63,952 bases of DNA, filler included, from an uncultured bacterium (GCA_964609495.1; 4 parts of 4 records of this genome joined end to end with filler, not necessarily neighbours in it), one strand, 5' to 3'. Positions 49,708 to 59,633 are shown, counted from the first letter of the whole stretch. Program-made: numbers and translations. Notes: generated by a model from the sequence alone, not told the origin.

Positions 49708-49856
49708 TAAGTAGTTTCAAATATTCGATAGTGAGTTCAAGACATAATCTCCCCCTCACCCCATCCCTCTCCCCTAGTGGGAGAGGGAACATAATTAAAC
49801 CCCTTTTTCAAGGAGTTAGTTCCCCCTCCTTGATGAGATGGGTTAAGGGAGGGTGA
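49708..49856. repeat. Diverged double-hairpin repeat preceded by the TAAGTAGTTTCAA end sequence
   Basis: GTTCAAGACATAAT...CCCCCTCACCCCATCCCTCTCCCCTAGTGGGAGAGGG...GGGAGGGTGA. Confidence 0.85.
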
Positions 49857-49889
49857 TTGCGGAGTAAAGACTTTTAAGGTTAGTTCAAA

Positions 49890-50825
49890 TTGATAAGGGA
49901 GGAGATGAAGATGGCGGTAATAGAAGTGGAGAATTTAGTCAAGACCTATGGGGATACTAAGGCTGTCGATGGGATCAGCTTTGCAGTCGAGCAAGGAGAG
50001 ATCTTCGGGATAGTTGGGCCTAATGGTGCAGGAAAGACAACTACGGTAGAGATAATTGAGGGGTTGCGGAGAGCCGACAGCGGTATAGTGAAAGTACTAG
50101 GTCTGGAGGTTGAGAGAGATATAGATAAGATCAAGGAGAGGATGGGCATCCAATTACAAACTACCGCCCTTTATCCCAACCTCACCGTCTGGGAGATGCT
50201 CGATCTATTCGGGAGTTTCTTCCCCGAAATGTTATCTAAAGAGATGATCATCGAACAATTGAACTTAGCTGAGAAACGAAATGCCTTGAGCAAGAACCTG
50301 TCTGGAGGGCAATTACAGAGATTATCTCTAGCTTTGGCTCTAATAAATGATCCTGATATTATCTTCCTTGATGAGCCAACCACAGGGCTCGATCCTCAGG
50401 CAAGAAGAAGTATGTGGGGTATAATCGAGAAACTAAAGGAGGAAGGGAAAACGGTGCTTCTCACCACTCATTATATGGAGGAAGCCGAGAAACTTTGTGA
50501 TAGAGTAGCGGTTATGGATTATGGTCATATTTTAGATTTAGATGAGCCGGAGGATATGATAAAGCGATACTTTAAGGAAAGTGCTATTCAGTTCGAGATC
50601 AATAGGGAGATCGAGATGGAACGTTTCCAAGAACTTCCCTTTGTAAATCAAGTGTTCCTCGAGGATAAGATCGTAACCCTCTACTCTTCCAAAACTGAGG
50701 ATACCCTAGCCGCTTTGATGAATATGCTCTCTACCGATAACCTCCAGCTCTCTGATATCCATATTCGTCGCGCCTCTTTGGAGGATGTGTTCCTCAAGCT
50801 TACAGGAAGGAGGATAAGAGATTGA
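49890..50825 (+). CDS. ABC-2 type exporter ATP-binding protein (start probably 49905 or 49911)
   Basis: GPNGAGKTT, LSGGQ, FLDEPTTGLDP, TTHYMEEAE. Confidence 0.95.
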   Translation: MIREEMKMAVIEVENLVKTYGDTKAVDGISFAVEQGEIFGIVGPNGAGKTTTVEIIEGLRRADSGIVKVLGLEVERDIDKIKERMGIQLQTTALYPNLTVWEMLDLFGSFFPEMLSKEMIIEQLNLAEKRNALSKNLSGGQLQRLSLALALINDPDIIFLDEPTTGLDPQARRSMWGIIEKLKEEGKTVLLTTHYMEEAEKLCDRVAVMDYGHILDLDEPEDMIKRYFKESAIQFEINREIEMERFQELPFVNQVFLEDKIVTLYSSKTEDTLAALMNMLSTDNLQLSDIHIRRASLEDVFLKLTGRRIRD

Positions 50826-51904
50826 AATCTTTATTTAAACTTACCTTAGCTACTATCAAGGGTTTCTATCGTGATAGAACAGCCCTCTTTTGGTTTCTTT
50901 TATTTCCCCTTTTTTTCATCCTTCTCTTCGGGGCTGTCTTTAGCAACGAGGATATGGGACAATTCGAGATTGGTTTAGTGGTCGAGGATACCTCTCCTAT
51001 TGCAAAGGGATTAAGCCAAGCTTTTAATTCAGTGCCGATGTTTATAGTAAGTGAAGGTGAATATGAGGAGGAGATAGAGAAACTCAGGAATGGAGATCTG
51101 CAAGCGGTGGTGGTAATTCCCGAGGGATTATCGGCTTCGATTATGAAGGGAGAGGGAGCAAGTTTAAATATATACTACGATGAGAGTCGTTCTATAGCTT
51201 CTCAGACTGTGCTTTCTATCCTAAGGGAGGTGATAAATAGGATCAATCAGGAGATCACTCAGCATCAGGATCTGGTGAAAGCAGAACAAATTCCGCTTCA
51301 GGCTAAACGATTGCGCACCATAGATTTCTTTGTCCCTGGAATATTAGCTATGTCCATTATGCAAGGTGGCTTATTCGCAGCTGATCTTCTCGTTTCCCAG
51401 AGGGAGAAGCATATCCTGAAGAGATTGGGAGCGACCCCTCTCCGTCGTTCTACTTTAGTTATCAGCCAAGCTATCTTTCGCCTTATCTTAGCCTTAGTGC
51501 AAGCCTCGATAATTATATGGATAGGGAATTTGGTCTTCAAGGTTCAGATGGTAGGCAATTGGCTTAACTTATACCTACTTGTTATACTCGGCTCGCTTAC
51601 TTTCCTATCTATGGCCTATATGGTAGCTTCCTTCACTAGGACTGAGGAGAGTTGTATAGCTGTAACGCAGATGTTAAACTTTCCGATGATGTTCTTATCC
51701 GGCATCTTCTTCCCTATCGAATTTATGCCCGACTTTATAAAGCCAATCATTAAGATCATCCCTTTGAGCTATCTAGGAGATGCATTTCGTCAGATTATGA
51801 ATAACGGCAGAGGGTTGTTGGATGTATCGAATGATATATTTATCCTCCTAGGCTGGATGATAGTATGTTCGCTTATATCCTTCAGATTCTTTAGGTGGGA
51901 TTAG
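50822..51904 (+). CDS. ABC-2 type exporter permease
   Basis: DFFVPGILAM, LKRL.ATP, FLSGIFFP, FFRWD C-terminus. Confidence 0.92.
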   Translation: MKSLFKLTLATIKGFYRDRTALFWFLLFPLFFILLFGAVFSNEDMGQFEIGLVVEDTSPIAKGLSQAFNSVPMFIVSEGEYEEEIEKLRNGDLQAVVVIPEGLSASIMKGEGASLNIYYDESRSIASQTVLSILREVINRINQEITQHQDLVKAEQIPLQAKRLRTIDFFVPGILAMSIMQGGLFAADLLVSQREKHILKRLGATPLRRSTLVISQAIFRLILALVQASIIIWIGNLVFKVQMVGNWLNLYLLVILGSLTFLSMAYMVASFTRTEESCIAVTQMLNFPMMFLSGIFFPIEFMPDFIKPIIKIIPLSYLGDAFRQIMNNGRGLLDVSNDIFILLGWMIVCSLISFRFFRWD

Positions 51905-51926
51905 GTCTCAAATATCCTTTGAAACT

Positions 51927-52727
51927 TCAGTGAGAAGATAGCCACTCTCTTAAACCATCCCCTAATAGATTGAATCCCAGGACCGCCCAAGCGATAGCTA
52001 ACCCCGGAAAGATAGCGAGCCACGGTGCTATCTGGAGTAGTTTTAAGCTAGAGCTTAACATCAATCCCCAAGAGGGAGTGGGAGGTCTAGTTCCCAAGCC
52101 GAGGAAGTTTAAAGCCGCCTCCGCCAGGATCGCGAAGGCGAGATTTAGGGTGAAATGGACGGTCAAGGGAGAGGTAATATTGGGCAAGATGTGGCGAAGG
52201 ATTATCCGCAGATCGCTTGCTCCTAACGCTCGAGCAGATTCTATGTGAGGTTTCTCCTTCATAGAAAGCGTTGCCCCTCTGGTGAGGCGGGTGAAGGCTG
52301 GTAGATAGATCAATCCCAGAACTAGGATCAGGTTGGAAACAGTGGAACCAAGCATAGCTAGAATGAGGATAGCTAATAGTATCACTGGAAAAGCGAATAT
52401 TACATCCATTATCCGCATCAATATAGCATCAAGAATCCCTCCATAATATCCACTCAGCAGTCCTAGAGGAATCCCTCCTAGAGCGGCTAGTCCTACGGAG
52501 AGGAAGCTTATCTTTAGAGATAGGCGAGAGCCCCATATAATTCTGCTTAGGATATCCCGTCCAAATTCGTCGGTTCCCAAGAGGAAAGTGCGATTAGGAG
52601 GTTGAAGGCGGGCTTTGGGATGCATCTCTATCGGATCGTAGGGAGCAAGGAGTTCAGGAAAGAAGGCTGTGATCACAAGAATCGAGGCTAGAAGGGAACC
52701 GACTATCGCGAGTTTATTTTTCTTCAG
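51927..52727 (-). CDS. Peptide/nickel ABC transporter permease (DppC/OppC), probable CTG start at 52727
   Basis: LGTDEFGRDILSR, ESARALGAS (EAA loop), HILPN, PTPSWG; the upstream in-frame KKNKLAIVG helix needs an earlier start than 52676. Confidence 0.9.
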   Translation of the reverse strand: MKKNKLAIVGSLLASILVITAFFPELLAPYDPIEMHPKARLQPPNRTFLLGTDEFGRDILSRIIWGSRLSLKISFLSVGLAALGGIPLGLLSGYYGGILDAILMRIMDVIFAFPVILLAILILAMLGSTVSNLILVLGLIYLPAFTRLTRGATLSMKEKPHIESARALGASDLRIILRHILPNITSPLTVHFTLNLAFAILAEAALNFLGLGTRPPTPSWGLMLSSSLKLLQIAPWLAIFPGLAIAWAVLGFNLLGDGLREWLSSH

Positions 52728-52745
52728 TTTAACTTATCCTCCCTG

Positions 52746-53675
52746 CTAATCCTCCCTCTCTTCTCCCACGATAGTGACCTCGGTGCCGATAGGGATCAAG
52801 TCGAAAAGCTCCTCTATATCCTCATTATATAACCTGATACAGCCCCGAGTAACATCCTTTCCGATAACCTCGGGATCGTTAGTGCCGTGAATCCCATAAC
52901 TTTTACTCTCAGCGAATCCCATCCATCTCTTGCCAAGAGGGTTATTCGGATCTTCAGGTGGCACAGGGCCTTCATCTGAAAACCAAGTGGGGTCTTCTAG
53001 CTTATTTCCTATCGTGAAAGTTCCTACCGGGGTAGCATCTCCTGCTCCTAGCGCTACAGGATAATCCATAGTATCTTCATCATCCAAGAACACAGTGAGC
53101 TTATGATCAGGCTTCGATATGAAGAGACGGAAGCGTCCCCTCAGTATCCTTAATTCTTGACCCAATCTAATATCATTAGGGTTCCCTATACCATTTAAGA
53201 GTGCCAGAAGGCCGACCGTTGTCCCGTATTGAGTGGCTATCTTAGAGAGGGTATCGCCAGATTTCACGACGTATGTTTCTTTAGACCTCTCATCTATTAT
53301 ATCTCTCAACCTCTCCTTCTTTATCTCCCGAACCCTCATAGCTACCTTCTCGATTTCAACCTCAGCGGAACGAGCGGTTTCGCTCTTGGGATGGTAACTC
53401 ATAACCTTCTGAAAAGCCTCAGCCGCCTCATCATATTTCCCCAAAGTTCTATAGGATTCGGCGATCTTATACTGAGCTTTATCAACGAGATCGCTATCAG
53501 GATAGTTATCGATCACCTTCTGAAACTCGATTATCGCCTCCTCATATTTTCGGCTATTATATAATTCCTCCGCCTTTTTATAGAGTTCTTCAGCCGAAGG
53601 CTTCTTAGGGCAGCCAAGGGCTACCGCTATAAGCAACAGCGGAAGTAGCCAATAAACAGCTCTGAATCTTCTCAC
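52746..53675 (-). CDS. Lipoprotein with TPR repeats, a LysM domain and an L,D-transpeptidase (YkuD) domain
   Basis: Lipobox ALGC; TPR ([19 protein letters not shown]); Lys[20 protein letters not shown]...TRGCIRL catalytic motif. Confidence 0.9.
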   Translation of the reverse strand: MRRFRAVYWLLPLLLIAVALGCPKKPSAEELYKKAEELYNSRKYEEAIIEFQKVIDNYPDSDLVDKAQYKIAESYRTLGKYDEAAEAFQKVMSYHPKSETARSAEVEIEKVAMRVREIKKERLRDIIDERSKETYVVKSGDTLSKIATQYGTTVGLLALLNGIGNPNDIRLGQELRILRGRFRLFISKPDHKLTVFLDDEDTMDYPVALGAGDATPVGTFTIGNKLEDPTWFSDEGPVPPEDPNNPLGKRWMGFAESKSYGIHGTNDPEVIGKDVTRGCIRLYNEDIEELFDLIPIGTEVTIVGEERED

Positions 53676-53687
53676 CCTTATACCTCC

Positions 53688-55736
53688 TTAATCTTCAATC
53701 GGCAATCCCACTGTTAATTTATCTCCTCCACCTATCTTAAGCGGATAACCGGGGAAAGCCTTAATACGATATTCAAGCCAAAACTCGTCCTTCGTCTGAA
53801 TATATCCGATCTTTATCTCTCGACAATGCAGATCGTGAGTTATAATCAACTCTCCAAAAGTTGGTCTGCCATTTATCAAATCATAAGCGATCCTATATTC
53901 TAATTGCCACTTAGGGATCAGTCCGATATCGAGCATAGCATCGAGACGCTTGAAGGTCCTTTCCTCGATGTCGTAGCTCAATCCGAGATCTATCCTGAGC
54001 TTCTCCTTCGGCTTCGTCTGCATCTTGGCTATCAGATCGGAATATTCCTCAGTCTTGAAATTATAAGTGGTGTATACAGAGAGCTTCCAAATATCCTTAT
54101 ATCTAAGGTCGTTTTTTATAAGAAGTGTTTCCACTGAAGTCCCCACTTTATCTAGTCTTGGTATGGGAGTCTCCCCCTCCACCTGCTGGTAGGTGTAAGT
54201 TAGGTTAAAATCGAGATATTCGCTTACCCCAGTCAGAAATATAACTTGTCCCTTAAAAAGATATCGCTTATCCCCATTACTATAGAGGGATTGATCGAGC
54301 AACTCCAAGAAGTTAAAATTCATATCGCGAAATGGCTTTGGCAACTTCAGGCGGAAGTTCTCCCTCACAGTAAGTTCGTAGTGTATTCTATCCAGATAGA
54401 TATCTCCTGGCTCGTAGTGATATCGTCCCCAATGGGCCTTGGTCTTGTAGAAGATAGGAAGTCCCTTCAGTGATCTTTGAGTAACATCCAAGGTTAATTC
54501 AGGAATCTTATCTAATACGATAAGATTATCATCACCAGTATAAAGATCGCGATCCAGATCTTCCCTCTTCTCCGTATATAGCTCCAGCCCGAAACCCCTG
54601 AAAGCCCTGCTGAGCCTAAGGGCGTATTTCAGTTCTTCATCAACCTTATTCTCGGATTTATCGTAAGCGCTATAGTTGATCAACGCGTCAGCGCGAAGGC
54701 TAGCGGGTAGAAGTTGAGTGTGATAGAGTCGGGTCGAAATATTTTTAAGCTCGGAGGGAGTCCCCATTTGAGTGATATTGTAATTATTAGTAAGAGTCGT
54801 GGTAACTCCTTTCACCTGCCTGTTTATGCTTAAAACAGCCTGTAAACTTTTGTTAGTATTATTGTGGTTTAGAGAGAGAGATGTTTTGAAATCCCCTAAG
54901 GTCTGTTCATGTTTCAATTGAGATGTGATCTCCGATCTATCGGTCACCTTATTTGCCAGATGATAGAAGTAGAGCGAACCTTTTCCTCCCTCACCTACAG
55001 TATAGTAATGCCTGAAGCCCTCTCCCAAGCCGATTTTCTCCATCCAATCGAGATAGATTATCCCATAAGCAGTGGTAGTGATAAAATAATCGAAGGCCGC
55101 CTTTATGAACCAGCCCTCAGTTTCATTATGTCCGATACGAGGGAGGGATGTTCTATCCCTCTCCTCTTTGAGAGAGATCACATAGTAAGGGACAAAGAAT
55201 ATGGGAACAACCCCATCCCAGAAGGTCGCCCAAAAGATCACTACTCGATCACCAGGATAAACTGTAACTCGGCGAGCAGAAATATGATAGTGAGGAATAG
55301 TATTATCACAAGTGGTCATACTCCCTCTCTCGATGCCGATCTTCTTCTGAGTCCCCTTCATCTTCTTTCCCTGCCAATAGATCGTTCCTTTTATCTTCGG
55401 TCCTTTCACCTCACCATAAGGCTTTATCACCACTCCATACTTGCTCTTTAAATCTAAATCGAGCTCTTCCCCCTCTGTTTTCACCTCTCCCTGCTGTAAA
55501 ATTACATTTCCCCAAGCCTTGAGCTTATTCTCCTTCAGATCCAGCTCTAGTCTATCCGCAGTTACCTCCATATCCTTATATTTAAGGATAACATTCCCCG
55601 TGGCTACTAAAACTTTAAGCTCCTCGATTCGGACGCTATCTGCGTTCAAATATAGGGGTTCCTCTTCGGCTTCCGCTGAAGTGGTAAAAAGTGAAATTAA
55701 GATGAATATCGAGAAGATGATAAATTTCTTGAGCAA
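53688..55736 (-). CDS. lptD: LptD-like outer-membrane protein (OstA-like N-domain plus beta-barrel)
   Basis: Signal peptide, ATGNV/AWGNV beta-jellyroll repeats, TTCD..PHYHI, DLHCREI near the C-terminus; near lptF/G. Confidence 0.78.
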   Translation of the reverse strand: MLKKFIIFSIFILISLFTTSAEAEEEPLYLNADSVRIEELKVLVATGNVILKYKDMEVTADRLELDLKENKLKAWGNVILQQGEVKTEGEELDLDLKSKYGVVIKPYGEVKGPKIKGTIYWQGKKMKGTQKKIGIERGSMTTCDNTIPHYHISARRVTVYPGDRVVIFWATFWDGVVPIFFVPYYVISLKEERDRTSLPRIGHNETEGWFIKAAFDYFITTTAYGIIYLDWMEKIGLGEGFRHYYTVGEGGKGSLYFYHLANKVTDRSEITSQLKHEQTLGDFKTSLSLNHNNTNKSLQAVLSINRQVKGVTTTLTNNYNITQMGTPSELKNISTRLYHTQLLPASLRADALINYSAYDKSENKVDEELKYALRLSRAFRGFGLELYTEKREDLDRDLYTGDDNLIVLDKIPELTLDVTQRSLKGLPIFYKTKAHWGRYHYEPGDIYLDRIHYELTVRENFRLKLPKPFRDMNFNFLELLDQSLYSNGDKRYLFKGQVIFLTGVSEYLDFNLTYTYQQVEGETPIPRLDKVGTSVETLLIKNDLRYKDIWKLSVYTTYNFKTEEYSDLIAKMQTKPKEKLRIDLGLSYDIEERTFKRLDAMLDIGLIPKWQLEYRIAYDLINGRPTFGELIITHDLHCREIKIGYIQTKDEFWLEYRIKAFPGYPLKIGGGDKLTVGLPIED

Positions 55737-55762
55737 TTTCCTCGGATAGCTCCTCCCATAAA

Positions 55763-55791
55763 TTGACTTTGATTCTCACCTGTGCTATAAT
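55763..55791 (+). promoter_or_regulatory. Sigma70 promoter
   Basis: TTGACT-17-TATAAT with a TG extension. Confidence 0.75.
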
Positions 55792-55824
55792 CTAAGATGA
55801 TAGATAAAGAAAGGGGGAAGGAAA

Positions 55825-56397
55825 TTGAAAAAAGCGATAAATTCGGTCTTAATCTTAATTCTTGCTGGATATATGCTCTTAGGATGTGCTTCTGGCGGCG
55901 GAGGAGGAGAATTTAATCCCACGAAAGTGATCGTCACTATGAGCGTTCTGGGACAGATAACATTTGATGCTCACTACTTCATCGCCTTTGATACCAGCGA
56001 AAATATAATATCCGGACCCCAAGGAGATGGAAGAAATTGGACCGATTATATCGAGCTAAAGAATATGACCTTTTACATCGGCAAAGATCTCGAGGAAGCT
56101 CAAATATATACGGGAGAAGCCGATATTATAGGTACTAATGGCCTCCGGGTAGAAGTTCCTTTCACCGCGCTAGTTGGAGAGGAGGGAAAACTAACCTCTC
56201 TTAAGATCAATCTGGTAACTTCTCAGAAGAGCGTTCCTCCCCTCGCGATGGATGCTCTGGGCGAAGGAGTTCCCCAGGAGGGGGATTATATCAAAGTAGA
56301 TCTCAGCTCTCCTTTGCCCATCTCGATATCAGATCCCCAAGGAGATTGTTCCGATCCCGATTTCGATATCATCTCTGGAGAGATCGAGCTCAGATGA
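55825..56397 (+). CDS. Hypothetical lipoprotein, beta-rich
   Basis: Lipobox LLGC followed by a Gly linker; own promoter and purine-rich SD. Confidence 0.75.
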   Translation: MKKAINSVLILILAGYMLLGCASGGGGGEFNPTKVIVTMSVLGQITFDAHYFIAFDTSENIISGPQGDGRNWTDYIELKNMTFYIGKDLEEAQIYTGEADIIGTNGLRVEVPFTALVGEEGKLTSLKINLVTSQKSVPPLAMDALGEGVPQEGDYIKVDLSSPLPISISDPQGDCSDPDFDIISGEIELR

Positions 56398-57477
56398 TCA
56401 TCGCCTATCGGTTATGATGATTAATCCAATACCTATCGCGAGATATATTATGGCGTGTAACCAAGCGCTCGCTAGAGGAGGAAGAAGCCCCAATCTCCCC
56501 CACGAGCGCATTAGGGACATCGCTTGATAATAGGAGATAGCCAAGATGATGCTCAATATTACCCCCATAGCTCGACCACTCCTTATATTTCGAAGCCCTA
56601 GCGGAGCGGCGATTAAGGTGAGGATGAAGCTAGCAAAGGGAAGAGAGAGCTTCAAATTATACTCCACCTCTAAGGGTTGAGTGCGAATCCCACTCTTTCG
56701 CAGGGTCTCGATCTTCTCCTTGAGTTCCTCTCGGGTCATCTCCTCCGGGGTCTTCTTTTCCTTGAGCAGCTCCAGCGAATCTCGATTTATCCCTAAAGGA
56801 AGGGATGTATCTGGCATAGCTCCTTCATATAGGGTATGCCCCTCTTCATCATAACGGTGGAGGACAACCTCCTCCAATTGCCAATTCGTATCCTCCCATA
56901 TCCCCCTCTTGGCAGTGATAACCTTTGCTAATTTCCCCCTCCAGTAGGTATAGGCATTAACGTTGATCATCTTTCCACTTTGGGTATCCATCCACTGGAT
57001 ATAGAAGTGAGTATCATCGATCTTGAAGAATATATCCTGCTGAGTTCGGGGCATCGTCCTATGGTACACATCCTCTACCATAGTCTTGCTTGCTAATTCA
57101 TTAGCTCTAGGCACTAACTTCTCGTTATTATAGAAGGCGGCGATACTTACCGCTAAGGAGAAGGTCAACACTGGAATCATTATCTTATGAGGAGGGACGC
57201 CACCGCTGCGCATAGCGATTGTCTCGCTGTCCTGCGAAAGCCTTCCCAAAGTCAGTAAAGTGGCAAATAACATCCCTACCGGAAATCCCAGGATCAATAG
57301 CTGAGGCAATTTATATAGTAGTAGGCGAGATACAGCATCAAGGTCAACCCCCCTCTCGATCAGCCACTCGTTCAACTGGTAGAGGGTATCACCGATCATA
57401 AATATGACGAAACCAGCTACGCTGATAAAGAAAGGGAAGATCAACTCTTTTAGTATGTATCTATCCAATATCGTCAT
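56398..57477 (-). CDS. LptF/LptG family permease
   Basis: ILDRYILKE, LGRLSQDSETIAMRSGG, KLSLPFASF, PPLASAW. Confidence 0.92.
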   Translation of the reverse strand: MTILDRYILKELIFPFFISVAGFVIFMIGDTLYQLNEWLIERGVDLDAVSRLLLYKLPQLLILGFPVGMLFATLLTLGRLSQDSETIAMRSGGVPPHKIMIPVLTFSLAVSIAAFYNNEKLVPRANELASKTMVEDVYHRTMPRTQQDIFFKIDDTHFYIQWMDTQSGKMINVNAYTYWRGKLAKVITAKRGIWEDTNWQLEEVVLHRYDEEGHTLYEGAMPDTSLPLGINRDSLELLKEKKTPEEMTREELKEKIETLRKSGIRTQPLEVEYNLKLSLPFASFILTLIAAPLGLRNIRSGRAMGVILSIILAISYYQAMSLMRSWGRLGLLPPLASAWLHAIIYLAIGIGLIIITDRR

Positions 57478-57501
57478 CTATCGAAAAACTCCTGAGCAGG
57501 A

Positions 57502-58590
57502 TCATCTCCTAGAAACTATCAGAATCATCACAATCCCGATCAAAGCATATATTAGGGCATGGGACCAAGCTCCCACTAAAACTGGCAGGACTTCTATTCG
57601 TCCCCAAGAGCGAGAGAGCGACATTATCTGGAGATAAGTGAAGGATAGAACTATGGAGGCTATTATCCCAAAAGCCTTTCCTCCCTTGACTCTCCTGAAT
57701 CCTAGAGGAGCACCAATCAAGGCAAAGATGAAGCTAGCGAAAGGAGTAGATACCTTCATCTGATAATCTACCTCTAGAGATTGGGTATTACTACCAGCCG
57801 AACGCAGTTTCTCTATCTCCTCTCTTAACTCCCTCCTATTCATCTCCGAGGGCGATTTCTGTTCCTTCAAATAGGCCATAGACCTTCGATCCACCTCCAT
57901 ATGGAGGTTATACTCCTCGTTATGACTTTCGGAGATCGTCCATCCGTCCTTGTCGTATTGGTAAACCCTGGCTTCCCTCAGCTTCCATTCATTCTTTCCC
58001 CATTTACCTTCCTCAGCAACTACTAATTGAGGCGTCCCTCCGTATTTTAGCTCATAGACAGTTATATTTTTCATAGTGTCAGTTCTATTATCGATCCTAC
58101 CGATATAGAAATAACGTCTCTCATCGACCTTGAAGAAGATATCCTCTTGAATGTCCGGTAAGGCTCGATCATAGACCACATCGATCATTATATCCTGAGC
58201 CAATCGGTTGGCTTTGGGAACTATATATTCGTTATTTAGATAGGCCCCAGTGCTGATCAGAAAGGAGATAAATAAAAATGGAGCCATAATCCGAGGAGGA
58301 CTCATCCCTCCAGCTCGCATAGGCACTATCTCGCTATTCTGGGAAAATCCCCCTAAAGTCAGCAGGATAGCGAAGAGGGTCCCTACCGGGAAGCCTAATA
58401 CCAGGATATGAGGAAGTTTCAGGATGAGGAGGCGAATTATAGTGTTCAAATCCACTCCCTTTTCGATGAACCACTCGTTGAGTTGGAAGAGGATGCTTCC
58501 CAGCATGAAGATCACGAATCCGCTTATACTCACCAAGAAGGGGTTGAGGAACTCCCTCATTAAATATCTATCTAATATCTTTATCTCCAT
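57502..58590 (-). CDS. LptF/LptG family permease
   Basis: ILDRYLMRE, SQNSEIVPMRAGG, KVSTPFASF; tandem paralog of the adjacent gene. Confidence 0.92.
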   Translation of the reverse strand: MEIKILDRYLMREFLNPFLVSISGFVIFMLGSILFQLNEWFIEKGVDLNTIIRLLILKLPHILVLGFPVGTLFAILLTLGGFSQNSEIVPMRAGGMSPPRIMAPFLFISFLISTGAYLNNEYIVPKANRLAQDIMIDVVYDRALPDIQEDIFFKVDERRYFYIGRIDNRTDTMKNITVYELKYGGTPQLVVAEEGKWGKNEWKLREARVYQYDKDGWTISESHNEEYNLHMEVDRRSMAYLKEQKSPSEMNRRELREEIEKLRSAGSNTQSLEVDYQMKVSTPFASFIFALIGAPLGFRRVKGGKAFGIIASIVLSFTYLQIMSLSRSWGRIEVLPVLVGAWSHALIYALIGIVMILIVSRR

Positions 58591-58618
58591 TTACCTCCAT
58601 TATTACATCTCATCTATT

Positions 58619-58763
58619 ATTTTAACAGAAATTTCTATACTTGTCTAGATTTTTAGCCTCTCTCGCGAAGGCTTTATTCTATAAGCGCGCCAATCCAAAA
58701 TTCCGGAACGGCTGACTTCCTCAATGCTTATCTCATTATAATATAGTTGGCGATCTCTGTCAA
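58619..58763 (-). promoter_or_regulatory. Two tandem sigma70 promoters with a structured segment between them
   Basis: TTGACA-17-TATAAT (58763-58735) and TAGACA-17-TAAAAT (58647-58619); hairpins at 58681-58731 and 58655-58673. Confidence 0.7.
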
Positions 58764-58845
58764 GAAAAAATGAGCGGTTGAGTCAAAGTCCCAACCGCTT
58801 TAGTCCTCCATTATATTATTATAGAGATAGGGATATCCGATATGG

Positions 58846-59203
58846 TTACTCCTTCTTTTGTCCTATTCTGATCTCTCCCTTTCTGGTGATAATCCATAGT
58901 CCCAAGAGGATGATAGCGATAGGGATTATAAAGCGTCCCGTTCTGGAAGTAACCAGGAGTAAGAAAACGCTAAAGACGAGCAAAGCCCAGCCGGGAAAAA
59001 TAGGCCAATTAAGTCCTCGGGGTTTAGTATCGATGTAATAAACAGCAAAGAAAGCCAATCCCAGCAGAGCAAAGAAGAGGAAGGCGATATTTCCTCCCGT
59101 TATCCTATCGAAATACACAAAGATACTTAAAGCTATAAGTATACAGCCAGGGATTAGAAAACCAACACTCCTATTGTAGTAAAAGTAGGCCCCCAGAAAT
59201 GCT
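58846..59203 (-). CDS. Polytopic membrane protein; 5' end cut by the contig end
   Basis: Frame open to the linker; several TM segments with FLIPG and WPIFPG motifs. Confidence 0.7.
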
Positions 59204-59303
59204 NNNNNNNNNNNNNNNNNNNNNNNNNNNNNNNNNNNNNNNNNNNNTTAATTAATTAANNNNNNNNNNNNNNNNNNNNNNNNNNNNNNNNNNNNNNNNN
59301 NNN
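59204..59303. other. Artificial contig-joining linker
   Basis: N-TTAATTAATTAA-N, 100 nt. Confidence 0.97.
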
Positions 59304-59530
59304 ATCGGGGGTATCATATTCTTAGTTCTTCATTAGGGAGTTAAAGACTAATTCCCCCTCACCCTATCCCTCTCCCACAAGGGGATAGGGAACACTGAGA
59401 TTGAACTAAAGCCCTTTATTCCCCCCTCCCTTGACGGGAGGGGTTAGGGGGAGGGTGATAATTAACAAGATTCTTTGATAGCCTTATTAATTCAGCAAAA
59501 ACCAAGACGGGAGGGGTTAGGGGAGGGTGA
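59304..59530. repeat. Another copy of the 35880 element (unit plus right-end-like sequence) with a duplicated 3' arm; the contig begins inside it
   Basis: ATCGGGGGTATCATATTCTTAGTTCTTC... nearly identical to unit 3; TATTAATTCAGCAAAAACCAA resembles the right TIR region; GACGGGAGGGGTTAGGGGGAGGGTGAT occurs twice. Confidence 0.9.
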
Positions 59531-59550
59531 TTAGTCTATACTTCGTATTA

Positions 59551-59633
59551 AGGTGATTTCAAGACCTAATCTGCTCTCGAGTATCTCATTTGAAACCACC
59601 TAAGCTGTTCCCAGCACAAAGTTTACATGCTTC
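59551..59633. repeat. Mini inverted-repeat element (59551-59601) and a solo IS end (59612-59633)
   Basis: AGGTGATTTCAA/TTGAAACCACCT; CAGCACAAAGTTTACATGCTT matches the 48241 IS end CAGCACAAAGTTTTAATGCTT. Confidence 0.65.

Noticed and set aside
54909-55451. 180-aa plus-strand ORF and the many other short antisense or alternate-frame ORFs in the track
   Set aside because: They lie within well-supported genes and show no motifs or SD; treated as shadow ORFs.
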